This document shows, piece by piece, positions 47,955-57,723 of a DNA stretch of 64,000 nt (its first letter is position 1; each line of letters begins with the position of its first letter). The DNA is from a virus (taxonomy: Duplodnaviria; Caudoviricetes), in IMG/VR virus record IMGVR_UViG_3300031753_000005, positions 36-64,035 of that record, one strand, 5' to 3'. Made by a program: the position numbers and the translations under genes. Below the pieces are notes generated by a model. It was not told the origin of the DNA and made no database searches. It saw nothing but the letters and a program-made list of their open reading frames with translations.

Positions 47955-48595
47955 TTCCCCTTTCCCGTTTCGGCCCGGCTGAAGGCGTCCATCCTCGCGC
48001 CGCAGCGAGCAAGGATGTCATAGTGTACCGGGTGGAGATGTCCGTCCGGCAATCCGTGATCGTGGGCATAGATAGCAGCCCAAGGAGCGCAGAACGCGAT
48101 CACGTCTCGCCGCAATTCCTTGATCTCCTCAGCGGCTTCCTGGCGGACCTCCTCGCGGGCTGCAGCAATGCGACGCAAGAGGCAATCTATGTCTTTATTC
48201 GACCAAGCGTCGGGCGTTTTCATGCGGCGATCGCGGATCAGCAGCTCGTCGCGCGCGTCGGTTTTCGGCGGCCAATCCTCGCCATAAGCGCGCGTGATCG
48301 CCTCCTCGGTCGTTCCAAGCAACTCCGCTATCTCGGCATTGCGCGGGTCGGTTTCCGCAGTCTCTGCGGGAAGGGCCCCGGAGAGCCATAGCCGATGAGC
48401 TTCGCTGGCACCTTCTTGGCGACCCCCCTCGCGGGCGGCAGCGACGGCCTGTAGGGCTCGGCGCATATAAAGTGCCAACCGAATAGACCACCAATGCCCT
48501 GAGTCGCTTGGCAACTCGGCGTGACTGAAATCCTCCTCAGCGAGATTCTCTGCGTTGTCGATCATCTCACGGTCGCGGTCGGTGATCTTGGTCAT
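47951..48595 (-). CDS. Mosaic hypothetical protein
   Basis: AAAREEVRQE-type repeats; coupled to the integrase stop. Confidence 0.6.
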   Translation of the reverse strand: MTKITDRDREMIDNAENLAEEDFSHAELPSDSGHWWSIRLALYMRRALQAVAAAREGGRQEGASEAHRLWLSGALPAETAETDPRNAEIAELLGTTEEAITRAYGEDWPPKTDARDELLIRDRRMKTPDAWSNKDIDCLLRRIAAAREEVRQEAAEEIKELRRDVIAFCAPWAAIYAHDHGLPDGHLHPVHYDILARCGARMDAFSRAETGKGK

Positions 48596-49674
48596 TTCCT
48601 CTTCCTCGCTTGATCGAGCAGCACCACAGCGGCGGCGGCCCGACGCCTTCGGTCTGTCCCTCGGGAATAATGCTCTGCCATGGCCAAGGTCTTGTCTCCC
48701 AGCATCGCGGCGATGGTGCGCTGATCCACGCCCAGATCGCCTAGCCTTGACGCCGCGGTGCTTCGTAGGCCGTGGAAGGTCAGCCCCATGTCGACCCGCG
48801 CTTGGCGTTCCAGCCGCGCTATAAGCGCCCTGAAAGCTTTTGCGAGGCCGCCCTTGTATGGACGACCATCTGTGCTGGTGACGATCGTAGTGGCAACCCG
48901 CGGTGTTTCGGCGAGGATTTCGCGGAGGTGCGCCGCGATCGGGATCACGTTCTCGAGGTCATTCTTGTGCTTCCAGGTAAGCGTCGTCCCGTCAGGCGAG
49001 ATCGCTGACCAAGTGATGCGGCGCGCCATGTCGATCCGGAGTGCGGCGAACATGCCGAGCGCGATGGCGGTCCGCAACCCGCCGGTTGCCTCGGCGAGCA
49101 CGACCTCGCACTCGTATTCCGACCATGCCCGGTGAGGCGTAGCGCGAGCCAAGCTTTTGATACTGCGAGCGGGATTGAATGGCAAAAAACCGCGAGGCAC
49201 GCCCCAAGAGAACAGCAGCCGCAGGACGTCGCGCACCCGATCGGCGAAGCGGCGCTTGCGCGTCTCGAATGCCTTATCCCGGATGCGCAGCACGGCCGGC
49301 GCGTCGATCTGCGACACCGGCATGCCGTTGAGCGGGGCGAGCCAATCGAAGACGGCGGCGTAATCGGAGCGGGTGCGCGGTGCTAGCGCGGCGTATTCGG
49401 GAGCCGCGCGGTAGGCGGCGATCAGCGCGCCCAGTGTGCCGGGCACATGGTGGGGAGCGGCCTTAGCCTCTTGAGCGGCGAGGCTCCGCTCCCCTGGTGT
49501 CGGGCTATCGGCCCCCGGCTTTAGCCAAGATCCAGTCTCACGTATCGCGCGCAACTCGTCAAGGAAAGCCTCGGTGCCGGGCGCGGCCTTGATGCGCGTC
49601 TTGGTCGCGCGGTCGTAGTAGTAGGTCCGCCCTTTGGCGTTGACCTTGTTGATGCCGCGAATCTTCACGTACAT
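48592..49674 (-). CDS. int: Tyrosine integrase
   Basis: N-terminal KGRTYYY arm-binding domain; catalytic R (AALR), K, HGLR and Y (EHYS). Confidence 0.92.
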   Translation of the reverse strand: MYVKIRGINKVNAKGRTYYYDRATKTRIKAAPGTEAFLDELRAIRETGSWLKPGADSPTPGERSLAAQEAKAAPHHVPGTLGALIAAYRAAPEYAALAPRTRSDYAAVFDWLAPLNGMPVSQIDAPAVLRIRDKAFETRKRRFADRVRDVLRLLFSWGVPRGFLPFNPARSIKSLARATPHRAWSEYECEVVLAEATGGLRTAIALGMFAALRIDMARRITWSAISPDGTTLTWKHKNDLENVIPIAAHLREILAETPRVATTIVTSTDGRPYKGGLAKAFRALIARLERQARVDMGLTFHGLRSTAASRLGDLGVDQRTIAAMLGDKTLAMAEHYSRGTDRRRRAAAAVVLLDQARKRK

Positions 49675-49695
49675 TCCATGAAGGCTAGCACCGAT

Positions 49696-50124
49696 CTATA
49701 TGCCTGCGTATCGCCTATGCGACGCAGGCGGCTTGATGCCGAGTTTTCGATTCTCCTCAGCGATCCGATTGCGTCTCCGATTGATTTGATTTTTACGAGC
49801 GCGCGAGGCTGGCGGCGGGATCTTTGTCCTCGGGCCGTCCTCCCGCAGACTGAAGAAGGTCGGCTCAAGATAGGAGCGTGCCGCATCAGTCCCTTCCGTC
49901 TCTCCAATCGCATCAAAGTCACGCAATAACCTGATCGCATTGCGAGGCAGCCGCCAGCGGTAGCGCCATCCTTCTTTCGTGAAAGCACACCCCGCACCAT
50001 CGACTAGGACATATCCGTGACCACCTAGATCGAACTGGCGATTGAGAGCGTTGGCGATAACGCAGCGGCGGCGATTGCCGCAAACAGCCTTCATAATGTC
50101 CTCTTGGCTGATTTCGAGCTTCAT
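49696..50124 (-). CDS. Hypothetical protein (CVIANAL motif)
   Basis: GGAG RBS; recurrent phage motif. Confidence 0.6.
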   Translation of the reverse strand: MKLEISQEDIMKAVCGNRRRCVIANALNRQFDLGGHGYVLVDGAGCAFTKEGWRYRWRLPRNAIRLLRDFDAIGETEGTDAARSYLEPTFFSLREDGPRTKIPPPASRARKNQINRRRNRIAEENRKLGIKPPASHRRYAGI

Positions 50125-50152
50125 TCGATCATCTCCATAGTGATGAAGTGCA

Positions 50153-50389
50153 TCATTCGACGCCGAGCTTCCCGATCCACTCGTCGAGCGATCGGGTATC
50201 GGATGCCGTGCCGCTGCGGCTGTCAACCCAGCGGTCGAGAGCGCTGACATCCCAGAGCTTGAGCCGGCCGATTTGTAGCGGCGGCGGGACGGAAGGGCGC
50301 ACGTATTTGTCGAAAGAACATGGACTGATGCCGAGGCGGCGTGCAGCTCGCTTACGCGACAGCAGCCGCGGATCGTCGCCTCCGCTCAT
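50153..50389 (-). CDS. xis: Excisionase-like HTH protein
   Basis: PRLLSRKRAARRLGIS...LWD..ALDRWVD; upstream of int. Confidence 0.75.
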   Translation of the reverse strand: MSGGDDPRLLSRKRAARRLGISPCSFDKYVRPSVPPPLQIGRLKLWDVSALDRWVDSRSGTASDTRSLDEWIGKLGVE

Positions 50390-51489
50390 TTTTCCCCAAG
50401 CCTTTCGCGCAGTTGCCGCTCGATCTCCCCACTCTCCATGTTCCATTCTTGCCAGAGTGAACGGTTGGCGTTGCGCAAGCCGTCTATCGTGCGAGCGCTC
50501 TGCTGGCGTAATACATCGAAATCTTCAGGGCGCTCGATCTGCTTGGCGCGAGCAATCATTGCGTTTTTAGTCGCTTTCCAATCGAAGCCGCGACCGCCCG
50601 GACCCCGCTCGACGGGCGCTATGGCGAAGGAAGGTGCGGGGGCGCCTCCGCCGCTCGGCTTCGGGTCAATGACCGCTGCCGGCTTGGGATCCTGCATCTT
50701 GCGCTTCTTCGCCATCAGCGCGTTGATGGCCTTGGGATAATCGTCGACCCGAATGTCCCGGAGCGCCGCGACGTTCATAAACCGAAGAAAGGCGTCCTGA
50801 TCCGCTTTGGTTTCCTGGATCAGATCCGCAAGTTTGCCGATTTGATCAAAGGTGATGAGTTCCGTCCCGCCGCGCACGCCATCGTCATCCTCGCCCTCGG
50901 CCACGATGTTAAGACCGGCGCACATGGTGTACCGCTTCCCGTAGGTTAGGCTTGATCCGTAGGCTTGCAGGTTATTTTTGCCGCCGCTCGTATCTAACGG
51001 GATCGGCATCGACGTCTGTTTTGAATGCCCAGCTTTATGGCTCAGAATATGAATGACGATCAAACCGCCTCCATCGCCCGCCCGAGCCGAGGTATCCCAA
51101 GACTGTGAAAAACCCTCCTCCTTCAAAAGTGGGCGTATCGCCTCGTCGATATCCTCGAATTTCAGGAAGGTCGAAATCTTACGCTTCGGACCGTCCGGAT
51201 TCTTGGGATCCTTCGGATATTCGAGGGTGCCGTTTTTCTTTACCCGCGGGAGGCGCGGCTGCAGCCGGGCAAAGGCTTCGTTGAAGGCTGTTTCCCGTTG
51301 GCGATTTTCGAGCCGCTCCTGCATGTCAAGGAGCGCGCCAAGTTTTTGGACATCAACCGCTGGGTCTCTCGCCATCCGCACGATGGCGGTCAGCAGGGAC
51401 TCCGGATTGTCGGCGAGAACGACGTTGGTTTCGGTTTTGCTCCGATCGGGTTGCCCACTTACAATTTTCGGGCTCGTAATTGCCGTCAT
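50386..51489 (-). CDS. erf: ERF-family single-strand annealing protein
   Basis: [16 protein letters not shown]...L.HKAGH...[13 protein letters not shown]...EDDDG. Confidence 0.9.
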   Translation of the reverse strand: MTAITSPKIVSGQPDRSKTETNVVLADNPESLLTAIVRMARDPAVDVQKLGALLDMQERLENRQRETAFNEAFARLQPRLPRVKKNGTLEYPKDPKNPDGPKRKISTFLKFEDIDEAIRPLLKEEGFSQSWDTSARAGDGGGLIVIHILSHKAGHSKQTSMPIPLDTSGGKNNLQAYGSSLTYGKRYTMCAGLNIVAEGEDDDGVRGGTELITFDQIGKLADLIQETKADQDAFLRFMNVAALRDIRVDDYPKAINALMAKKRKMQDPKPAAVIDPKPSGGGAPAPSFAIAPVERGPGGRGFDWKATKNAMIARAKQIERPEDFDVLRQQSARTIDGLRNANRSLWQEWNMESGEIERQLRERLGEK

Positions 51490-51540
51490 TGTCGATCCTT
51501 TCGATTGTAAGGTGAGGTAATGGTTTACGACCCATGTCGG
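51410..51540 (-). pseudogene. C-terminal relic of an HNH homing endonuclease overlapping the erf start
   Basis: [39 protein letters not shown] in an alternate frame. Confidence 0.75.
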
Positions 51541-51556
51541 TTCGCGGGGTTGTCGC

Positions 51557-52270
51557 TCACGGTGTCTCTCCCAAATAATCGTGCAGATCGCGGCCGAGGC
51601 TCTTGGCCTGATCGTCGGTCGAGGTCAGCAGCCGCTGGCGCTCCGCGAAAAATCCCGAGGCGCGAACCCGCGCAAGCATCTCGTCCTTCTCATCGGCAAA
51701 CCGCTCTAGCGCATCGGCCAATTTTTTGATGTAAGGCTCATCGCGTGCCGAGCGGTCGTGGATCGGCATCATCCTCGGGTGGAAAGAGTATCTGTCCACT
51801 TCCTCGAATTCGCCGACATAGCATTGTCCCTGTACCTGCGGCCGGTAATCCGCTCCGAACCCCTCGAAGTACCATTTGAGGTGTGTGAACGGCGCTGGGC
51901 ACTTCACCTCAACCGCTCTGTACAGAGGTCGCCCGACAGTCACTACGCGGTCAGGGCTACACCCTATCCGGCCGTCATCAGTCGTAATGAATCCTATTGG
52001 CTCCGTCGAGATATCTTGCTCGAATTCGTATAGCGCGACAGCCTGCGGCTCTAATTCTTTTCCTCGCTCCATATGCTCAGTGGTAAAGAGACTGTCCAGC
52101 GATTCATTTAGCAGCGTTTCGGCAATCAAACGATAAGCATACTCTCTAGCTTGTATGCTGTATTGTTCGGTCTTTGGAGTCAGAATTTTGTGAAAATTCG
52201 AGGCAGTGGGAATGCCAATTCTGGCGGCGAGCCATTCGCGGCTACCCTGCGGGAAATTATGAATTCTCAC
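51557..52270 (-). CDS. YqaJ / lambda-exonuclease family protein
   Basis: QGSREWLAARIG.PTAS...GKELEP...GCSPDR...EVKCP...QVQGQ. Confidence 0.92.
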   Translation of the reverse strand: MRIHNFPQGSREWLAARIGIPTASNFHKILTPKTEQYSIQAREYAYRLIAETLLNESLDSLFTTEHMERGKELEPQAVALYEFEQDISTEPIGFITTDDGRIGCSPDRVVTVGRPLYRAVEVKCPAPFTHLKWYFEGFGADYRPQVQGQCYVGEFEEVDRYSFHPRMMPIHDRSARDEPYIKKLADALERFADEKDEMLARVRASGFFAERQRLLTSTDDQAKSLGRDLHDYLGETP

Positions 52271-52430
52271 TCTGTTGCTCCTTTGTAAGCAGTTCATGTA
52301 AGCGAGCCAACTGCGTGAGTGACGGTCCCTCGATCGCGACAAGCTGTTTCACCAAGGCCTCAGTGCAATCGAGCCATGTCCGCGCTTGGTTGAGGGCGCG
52401 ACGGATCTCGGCCAGACGTTCTTCAATGCT
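52257..52430 (-). CDS. Small hypothetical protein
   Basis: AAGGAG RBS; packed. Confidence 0.5.
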   Translation of the reverse strand, partial: SIEERLAEIRRALNQARTWLDCTEALVKQLVAIEGPSLTQLARLHELLTKEQQSENS

Positions 52431-52740
52431 CATGCGTTGCTCCTTTTCGCTGGCGGGGGCGCAGATGCACGCCTCTTCTCTCAAGGGAGTTGCATATCCC
52501 CTCGCCTATGGCGTGGATACCAATGGGACCTATAATCACAATCGCGAACAAAAGTAAGAAGAGGAATAGCCCAATGATCATGGCCATAGGCCACGGACAA
52601 GGATTATCAGGGCCTCTGACCAATTGAAACCATTGTGCGAAATAATAATCAGGAACGAGAACTGCCGCCACGACGACTGTCCCCACGATCGTTTCCGTTA
52701 TCTCACGACGAGGCTCACGGAAAATATTTGATAGCGCCAT
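52423..52740 (-). CDS. Two-TM membrane protein
   Basis: Hydrophobic segments; GGAG RBS. Confidence 0.6.
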   Translation of the reverse strand: MALSNIFREPRREITETIVGTVVVAAVLVPDYYFAQWFQLVRGPDNPCPWPMAMIIGLFLFLLLFAIVIIGPIGIHAIGEGICNSLERRGVHLRPRQRKGATHEH

Positions 52741-52800
52741 GTATTTCACTCCTCTGCTGGCAGTCATTCCATGCCGCTTGCAGGCGGCATGGCGAGGCTG

Positions 52801-53184
52801 TCAGCGGCCGGCTAAAGGCAGCGGAATGATTGGGGAGACGCCCCTAATAGAAAGGACTTTCCCTGTATCGAGGTCGCAAAGTTCGTCGTTTGGCTGAGCC
52901 AGGGCCATGACAGAGCGGTTGTTATCGATGGCCGATTGGAGGCTTAGCAATAAAGCGTCTGCCGCCGGCGTGCCAACCGAATTGAAGAACACCCCGTAAA
53001 CATGCGTGTGATCGCTGGGGAATGTCACATGATAGCAGTTTGGCCCGGTGCCTCCAAACACGGGAACGCCCGTCGCGCAGATATATCCACTGGGACAGGC
53101 GGCATTTGCCGCGCTCGATCCGAACGCAGCGAAGGCTATGCCCGCAGCGAAGGCGCCGGTTTTGATGATGGTTTTCACAAGCAT
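52801..53184 (-). CDS. Exported small protein in the early leftward operon
   Basis: Signal peptide ending ANA-A; 4 Cys; AGGAG RBS. Confidence 0.65.
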   Translation of the reverse strand: MLVKTIIKTGAFAAGIAFAAFGSSAANAACPSGYICATGVPVFGGTGPNCYHVTFPSDHTHVYGVFFNSVGTPAADALLLSLQSAIDNNRSVMALAQPNDELCDLDTGKVLSIRGVSPIIPLPLAGR

Positions 53185-53327
53185 TGTCTCCTGAGTTTGC
53201 TCAGAAACCGCTGAGCGCGGATTTCTTCATTGCGGCCTCGCGGTGCCGCAGTTTCGGCATTTCACCCGAATGAAACTGTTGCGCCAGCCGCAGCGGCACA
53301 GCCAATGATCAACGAAGGTGATCAGCG

Positions 53328-53510
53328 TCACGTCGGCACGACCCACGCGACGACAGCCTCGATGGCTGCGACGAGCCCTTGCGCGAGCAAGAAACCAGCC
53401 GCAAGCGCCCCAGCAACCGCGAATGCGGAAATCAGCAGGCCCTCGCCGCGGAGAATGGCCCGCGTCGGTTTCAGCGCGCCAGATAGCATCAGGCGATCAA
53501 GGCGCGACAT
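53328..53510 (-). CDS. Small membrane protein
   Basis: Hydrophobic C-terminal half. Confidence 0.45.
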   Translation of the reverse strand: MSRLDRLMLSGALKPTRAILRGEGLLISAFAVAGALAAGFLLAQGLVAAIEAVVAWVVPT

Positions 53511-53715
53511 CGAACAGATCTCGCGGGATGAGACTTGCTATACAATAGATTGCCGACTCGCCCAGCAAGCCAATGGTGACGAGGATTTCATCCGCGCCAC
53601 GATCCCACCTCGCGGAGCACGACATCAGCTGCTCACTGGCGCATCCGGTCGCTATGAGCAGACTCTGGTGAACGGTCCTGGCGTTCGCGAGGGCGACAAC
53701 GTCACGCGGGCTCAT
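53497..53715 (-). CDS. Small hypothetical protein
   Basis: Coupled chain of ORFs. Confidence 0.45.
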   Translation of the reverse strand: MSPRDVVALANARTVHQSLLIATGCASEQLMSCSARWDRGADEILVTIGLLGESAIYCIASLIPRDLFDVAP

Positions 53716-53957
53716 TTGGTCTTCTCCCGGAATTCCATCTTTTGCAGCTTGTTGGCGAGGTTCGTGAGTATCGCCTTCGGTATCTTGTCGAGCAGTGCCG
53801 CAGACTCATTGACGAGGTGGGTGCCGAGATAGCCGGCGGTATAGCGATCCATTCCCAGCCGCATCAACGCCAACAGGGCGCCCATCTCAAATAAGGTAAG
53901 CTCCAGCGTCACCGCGATTGGATCGATCAGAACGTCGGCGTCGGGCTCGGTGGTCAT
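53712..53957 (-). CDS. Small hypothetical protein
   Basis: GGAGG RBS; ATGA overlap. Confidence 0.55.
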   Translation of the reverse strand: MTTEPDADVLIDPIAVTLELTLFEMGALLALMRLGMDRYTAGYLGTHLVNESAALLDKIPKAILTNLANKLQKMEFREKTK

Positions 53958-54184
53958 TCGATCCTCCCTACTATCTCAGCGCCCGGCATCAGCTCGGGCT
54001 CGTTGGTCGATGCCTTCAGACGGCCATCGACCCGGTACACGAAGGCCGGGCAGCGATGCACTGTGGCCAGCCGGATCGCCTCTTCGGTCGCTTGCTCTAG
54101 CGTGATGCAGCGGGCCTGTTCGTCGGCACCGACATCGAAGGCCATGCTCGCACTGAGCGCGCGGGCGAACGCGGACGGCCTCAC
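53954..54184 (-). CDS. Small hypothetical protein
   Basis: GTGA overlap with a short upstream TM ORF (54181-54285). Confidence 0.5.
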   Translation of the reverse strand: MRPSAFARALSASMAFDVGADEQARCITLEQATEEAIRLATVHRCPAFVYRVDGRLKASTNEPELMPGAEIVGRIE

Positions 54185-54325
54185 AACATCCCCAGCGCGC
54201 CGAAGAACGCGAGCGCCGCAGTGCCGCCGGCGAGCATCACGGCGAAGACTGCGCCCCAGCTGATCTCTGATTCTGTCCTGGACATTGGGCTCTCTCCTCC
54301 CACCGGGTGACCGACGATGGGGAGA

Positions 54326-54377
54326 GTGTTACACCTAGAGAAACCTATGTCAACAACAAAATTACGCTACATGGAAC
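54326..54377 (-). promoter_or_regulatory. PL-like promoter with two 17-bp operators
   Basis: TTGACA on the - strand (54348-53); operators GTTACACCTAGAGAAAC (54328-44) and ATTACGCTACATGGAAC (54361-77). Confidence 0.7.
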
Positions 54378-54423
54378 CGGGGGGGGGCGGCGTGGACGAT
54401 AATTTAGAATCGCGCGTCTCGAA

Positions 54424-54705
54424 TCAGGGGCGACGGTCGCGCTGATCGAGAGTTTGAAGGAGCGCGATTGAGAGGTGATCCGGGGGACCGATAAGCAACC
54501 AAGCGGGGTCGACGTTGAGGACCCTGGAGATGCCCTCTAGCATGTCCTGTGTGTATGCCTGTTGGAAACTCTCAAGCCGAGTAACTGAGGCTTTTGAGAT
54601 ACCTACACGTCGCGCGAGTTCCGATTTAGACAGGCCTCTATGAACGCGCCACTCGGTGATGAAGTGCCGACGTCGCGGTCCTTGGCTCTTCACCCGGATC
54701 GGCAT
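54424..54705 (-). CDS. XRE-family CI-like repressor (no peptidase domain)
   Basis: FITEWR..RGLSKSELARRVGISKASVTRLE...L.VDPAWLL; divergent from cro. Confidence 0.85.
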   Translation of the reverse strand: MPIRVKSQGPRRRHFITEWRVHRGLSKSELARRVGISKASVTRLESFQQAYTQDMLEGISRVLNVDPAWLLIGPPDHLSIALLQTLDQRDRRP

Positions 54706-54715
54706 TAGGGCCGAT

Positions 54716-54811
54716 GTTACCTAGGGCGGAACGGGCGAGTCTTGGTTAAGAAAACGAGGTCTCGCTAGGTGAAACGAAGGGCTTGACACCGGGTTTCCCT
54801 AGCTGTAACTC
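54716..54811 (+). promoter_or_regulatory. PR-like promoter with three 17-bp operators
   Basis: TTGACA at 54783-88, 17-nt spacer, TAACTC; operators at 54716-32, 54759-75 and 54793-809 (GTTWC-N7-GWAAC-like). Confidence 0.75.
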
Positions 54812-54820
54812 ATACTCAAC

Positions 54821-55021
54821 ATGAGTGAGCATCCAGTCAGGCGGTACCGAGAACAGCATGGCCTCACGTCAGAGGCCCTTGCTGGGATGGTCGGTGTCAG
54901 CAAAGCGACGATTTCTCGGATCGAGAATGGCGCGCAGACACCATCGCACGCCCTTATCCAGCGCTTTATTGATCGCCTGGGATTGAAAGCCGAGGACTTC
55001 TTTACCGGCGTGGCTGCATGA
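54821..55021 (+). CDS. Cro-like XRE regulator
   Basis: HPVRRYR..HGLT..ALA..VGVSKATISRIENG. Confidence 0.85.
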   Translation: MSEHPVRRYREQHGLTSEALAGMVGVSKATISRIENGAQTPSHALIQRFIDRLGLKAEDFFTGVAA

Positions 55022-55446
55022 CCTGGTTCCTCCTTCACTGGCTTTTGCTGTCCGTCGAGGCCGGGCTGGTGCTCGGCGCGGCGATCGCGTGGGGCATGCG
55101 GTGATGCGATTACTCCCATCCGCAGTGAAGACAATTCCAGATCAGAATCCGGGCGCGCATTTCCTTCCGGCGCGTTCGGACGCCCGAGAGCAGGTTCAAT
55201 CCCCGGTCCCCCAGACCCTGCCTGCTCTCGGGCGATCCATTCGGGTGCCGAGAGGCGCCCGCTCGATCTCGCTCCTGAAGTCCACGGAGCGAATCTTGGG
55301 GGAGTGTCGGCGCGGGATAGATAGCTGTGCAGAGGGGAGCTCCTGGTGCTGTAGGGGAGTTCTGCTCAGCCTGACCCGCGCCGATTTCCTCTTCTGCATC
55401 ATCGTCGCGTCGTGCCATGCCTCAAGGCTCGCACGAGATCCCCTAA

Positions 55447-55803
55447 ATGGCGATAGCCAGGAAGCGCAGTAATCTTGCAATTGAACGCAACATATTTGCG
55501 CGAAATGCGGGTGCGGCTCTGGAGCTCTTGGTTAATGAGCCGCACCGCGACAAGCTCATTGCGCGCATGTTCGGCGTCAGCATTCGCATGGCCCAATATC
55601 TCAGAGCCGGCAAATGCTGGACGGTTGATCGCCTGTCGACCGCGAGCGCGGTCCTCGGGGAAGAGTTCGACCGGCTGCTCATGCAACGAATTCTTCCGCC
55701 GCCGACCGAGAAAATTCATGAGCGCATCGACCGCCTCGAGCGGACGATCGCGCGGGAGCTTGCCGAGCTCAGAAATGAGATCCGGGGGAAAAGTGACGAA
55801 TGA
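55447..55803 (+). CDS. CII-like HTH regulator
   Basis: KLIARMFGVSIRMAQYL..G; position after cro. Confidence 0.6.
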   Translation: MAIARKRSNLAIERNIFARNAGAALELLVNEPHRDKLIARMFGVSIRMAQYLRAGKCWTVDRLSTASAVLGEEFDRLLMQRILPPPTEKIHERIDRLERTIARELAELRNEIRGKSDE

Positions 55804-55890
55804 ATTTTATCCGACGCTGGCTTGCCACGTTGTTTCTAGCCGCCGCCCAACTGGGCGCGTGGCTCGCGCGCAAGGTCGCGCCGGCTCGTC

Positions 55891-56100
55891 GTGATCAGCC
55901 GCAGCGTCGTCTACGAGGCCGTTGACGTCGGCCAGGAGCAAGTCGCTTGGGCTATGGCTCAAGGCTGGATTTCACCAGATCTGATCGTCGCGCCGTTTGG
56001 CGAGCATGCCCACTCGCCTGAAGAGGCGGCGCTCGTCATCGCTCGTATTTGGATGGGGTTGTCGAGGAGCCGGAAGGAGAGCCGGCAAGCCGCGAACTAG
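55891..56100 (+). CDS. Small hypothetical protein
   Basis: Packed ORF. Confidence 0.45.
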   Translation: MISRSVVYEAVDVGQEQVAWAMAQGWISPDLIVAPFGEHAHSPEEAALVIARIWMGLSRSRKESRQAAN

Positions 56101-56280
56101 GAAGCGGCGGCGGCCCAGGAGAAGGCGCCGCCGCCTCCCGCTCGTGGACTCAACACATCTCCGGGGGAGTGAAGACATGGAGTCATCGCCAAATAATAGC
56201 GAATTTAACGCAAATTTCAAGGGTTTGACGGTTACGGTTGTATTACGGGCCGGCTCTCGATGCTTGGGGAGGGCTTGGCG

Positions 56281-57138
56281 ATGACCGCCTATCCTTGGCT
56301 GAAACTTTGGATCGGCACCGCCGATGACCCGAAGCTGCGCGCCGCGGCCCGGATGGCCGGGTGTCATAAAGCTATCGCCGTGAACGCCTGGATCGCCGCG
56401 TTGGAATATGCGGGCGAGCACCAGGACAGGGGATCAGTCAAAGGCCTTCTGCCGGAAGTCCTCGCCGAGATTTGCGATACTACCCGCGAGATTGCTGTCC
56501 GCCTCTTCCAGGCGTTTCGCGAGCTCGGGATGCTGCTCGGCGAGCGCATCGCGAAGTGGACGAAGAGGCAGACCGATAAGCCCGAACGACCCCGGACGGC
56601 GAACGCCGAAGCCGTCGCCCGGTGCAGGCAAAGAAAGGCCGAGAAGGACGCCCAGGGCGCGCTCGATTTCGCCATGCCGGCATTTCAAACCATTTCACCG
56701 GCATTTCAAAAGACCATTTCACCGGCCGCAGATACAGAAGAAGAGAGAGAGGAAGACTCCCCTTCGGGGATTTCAGAATCTAACGATTCTGAATCTATTC
56801 CTCAGCGACGCAAAAAAAGCGAAGCCGAGTTTCAGGGCTTTTGGGATCAATGCCCAAGGAAAGTCGAGAAAACGGCGGCTCGTAAGGCCTATTGGAAGGC
56901 CAGACAGAGCGGCGTTGATTGGAACAGCCTTGTCTCCGGCATGAGGCGATATGCCAGCGACTGCGCCGGGAAGGATCCTCAATACATCAAGCACCCCGCT
57001 ACTTGGCTCAACAAGGGATGCTGGGCAGACGAAGAGAGCAAACCGAATGAACACGACAGAAACGTTTCCGTCCCACAAACACCAAGCCAAGCTGAACTCG
57101 ATCGTAGCGAAAGGCGATTACTCGGTCTTGAGCGCTGA
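56281..57138 (+). CDS. Phage replication initiator (replisome organiser-like)
   Basis: WLKLW....DPKL N-terminus; FW..CPRKVEK..A.KAY.KA...IKHPATWLN...W.DE C-terminal domain. Confidence 0.8.
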   Translation: MTAYPWLKLWIGTADDPKLRAAARMAGCHKAIAVNAWIAALEYAGEHQDRGSVKGLLPEVLAEICDTTREIAVRLFQAFRELGMLLGERIAKWTKRQTDKPERPRTANAEAVARCRQRKAEKDAQGALDFAMPAFQTISPAFQKTISPAADTEEEREEDSPSGISESNDSESIPQRRKKSEAEFQGFWDQCPRKVEKTAARKAYWKARQSGVDWNSLVSGMRRYASDCAGKDPQYIKHPATWLNKGCWADEESKPNEHDRNVSVPQTPSQAELDRSERRLLGLER

Positions 57139-57481
57139 CGACAAACTTGCGTGGCATACTTACTCGTATGCATTTTTGAGACACTACGGGCTTAAAGATG
57201 GTCCGCCAGTGACGCGCGACCCGAAAGGCGAATTTTTCAAGCCGCAGCTCGTCCAATTCGCTTTGGACGCGCTGTATCCGAAAAAGCTACGCACGCCGGA
57301 GATAATCCCCGCCGACCAATACGCCAGAAAGGGCGACTACGAGATGGCGGAACACTGCCACAAGCAAGATGCCGAGCGGGCTGCCGCAGCACACCTGTCC
57401 GACGCTGAGTATGCCGCCCTCTGCCTACGCCAGGTAAAGCACAACGTCCTGATTTTCGAAGAAAGGAGCAAACGCCGATGA
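57047..57481 (+). CDS. Hypothetical protein
   Basis: ORF between the replication gene and the next coupled gene; start uncertain. Confidence 0.45.
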   Translation: MNTTETFPSHKHQAKLNSIVAKGDYSVLSADDKLAWHTYSYAFLRHYGLKDGPPVTRDPKGEFFKPQLVQFALDALYPKKLRTPEIIPADQYARKGDYEMAEHCHKQDAERAAAAHLSDAEYAALCLRQVKHNVLIFEERSKRR

Positions 57482-57723
57482 CCGATCGCAAGCCGCGTCC
57501 GCCGATCGCCTCGCGCGATCCCGAGATCCAGGCGCTTTGGGCGCAGGGTCTGCGAAAAACAGAAATTCTCCGACGCCTTGGTTTGAGATGCCCCACGGTC
57601 AACGTGTTCGGATTCCCCGATCGACACCAGCCGCCGGCACCAGCACTACCAGGCGAAACCCCCGAAACCCGCGCTTTCCGCCGCTTCCCGATCAACACGC
57701 ACAAGCCTGGAGATATGCGATGA
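57478..57723 (+). CDS. Small protein with GcrA-N-like HTH
   Basis: IQALWAQGLRKTEILRRLG pattern; AAGGAG RBS. Confidence 0.45.
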   Translation: MTDRKPRPPIASRDPEIQALWAQGLRKTEILRRLGLRCPTVNVFGFPDRHQPPAPALPGETPETRAFRRFPINTHKPGDMR

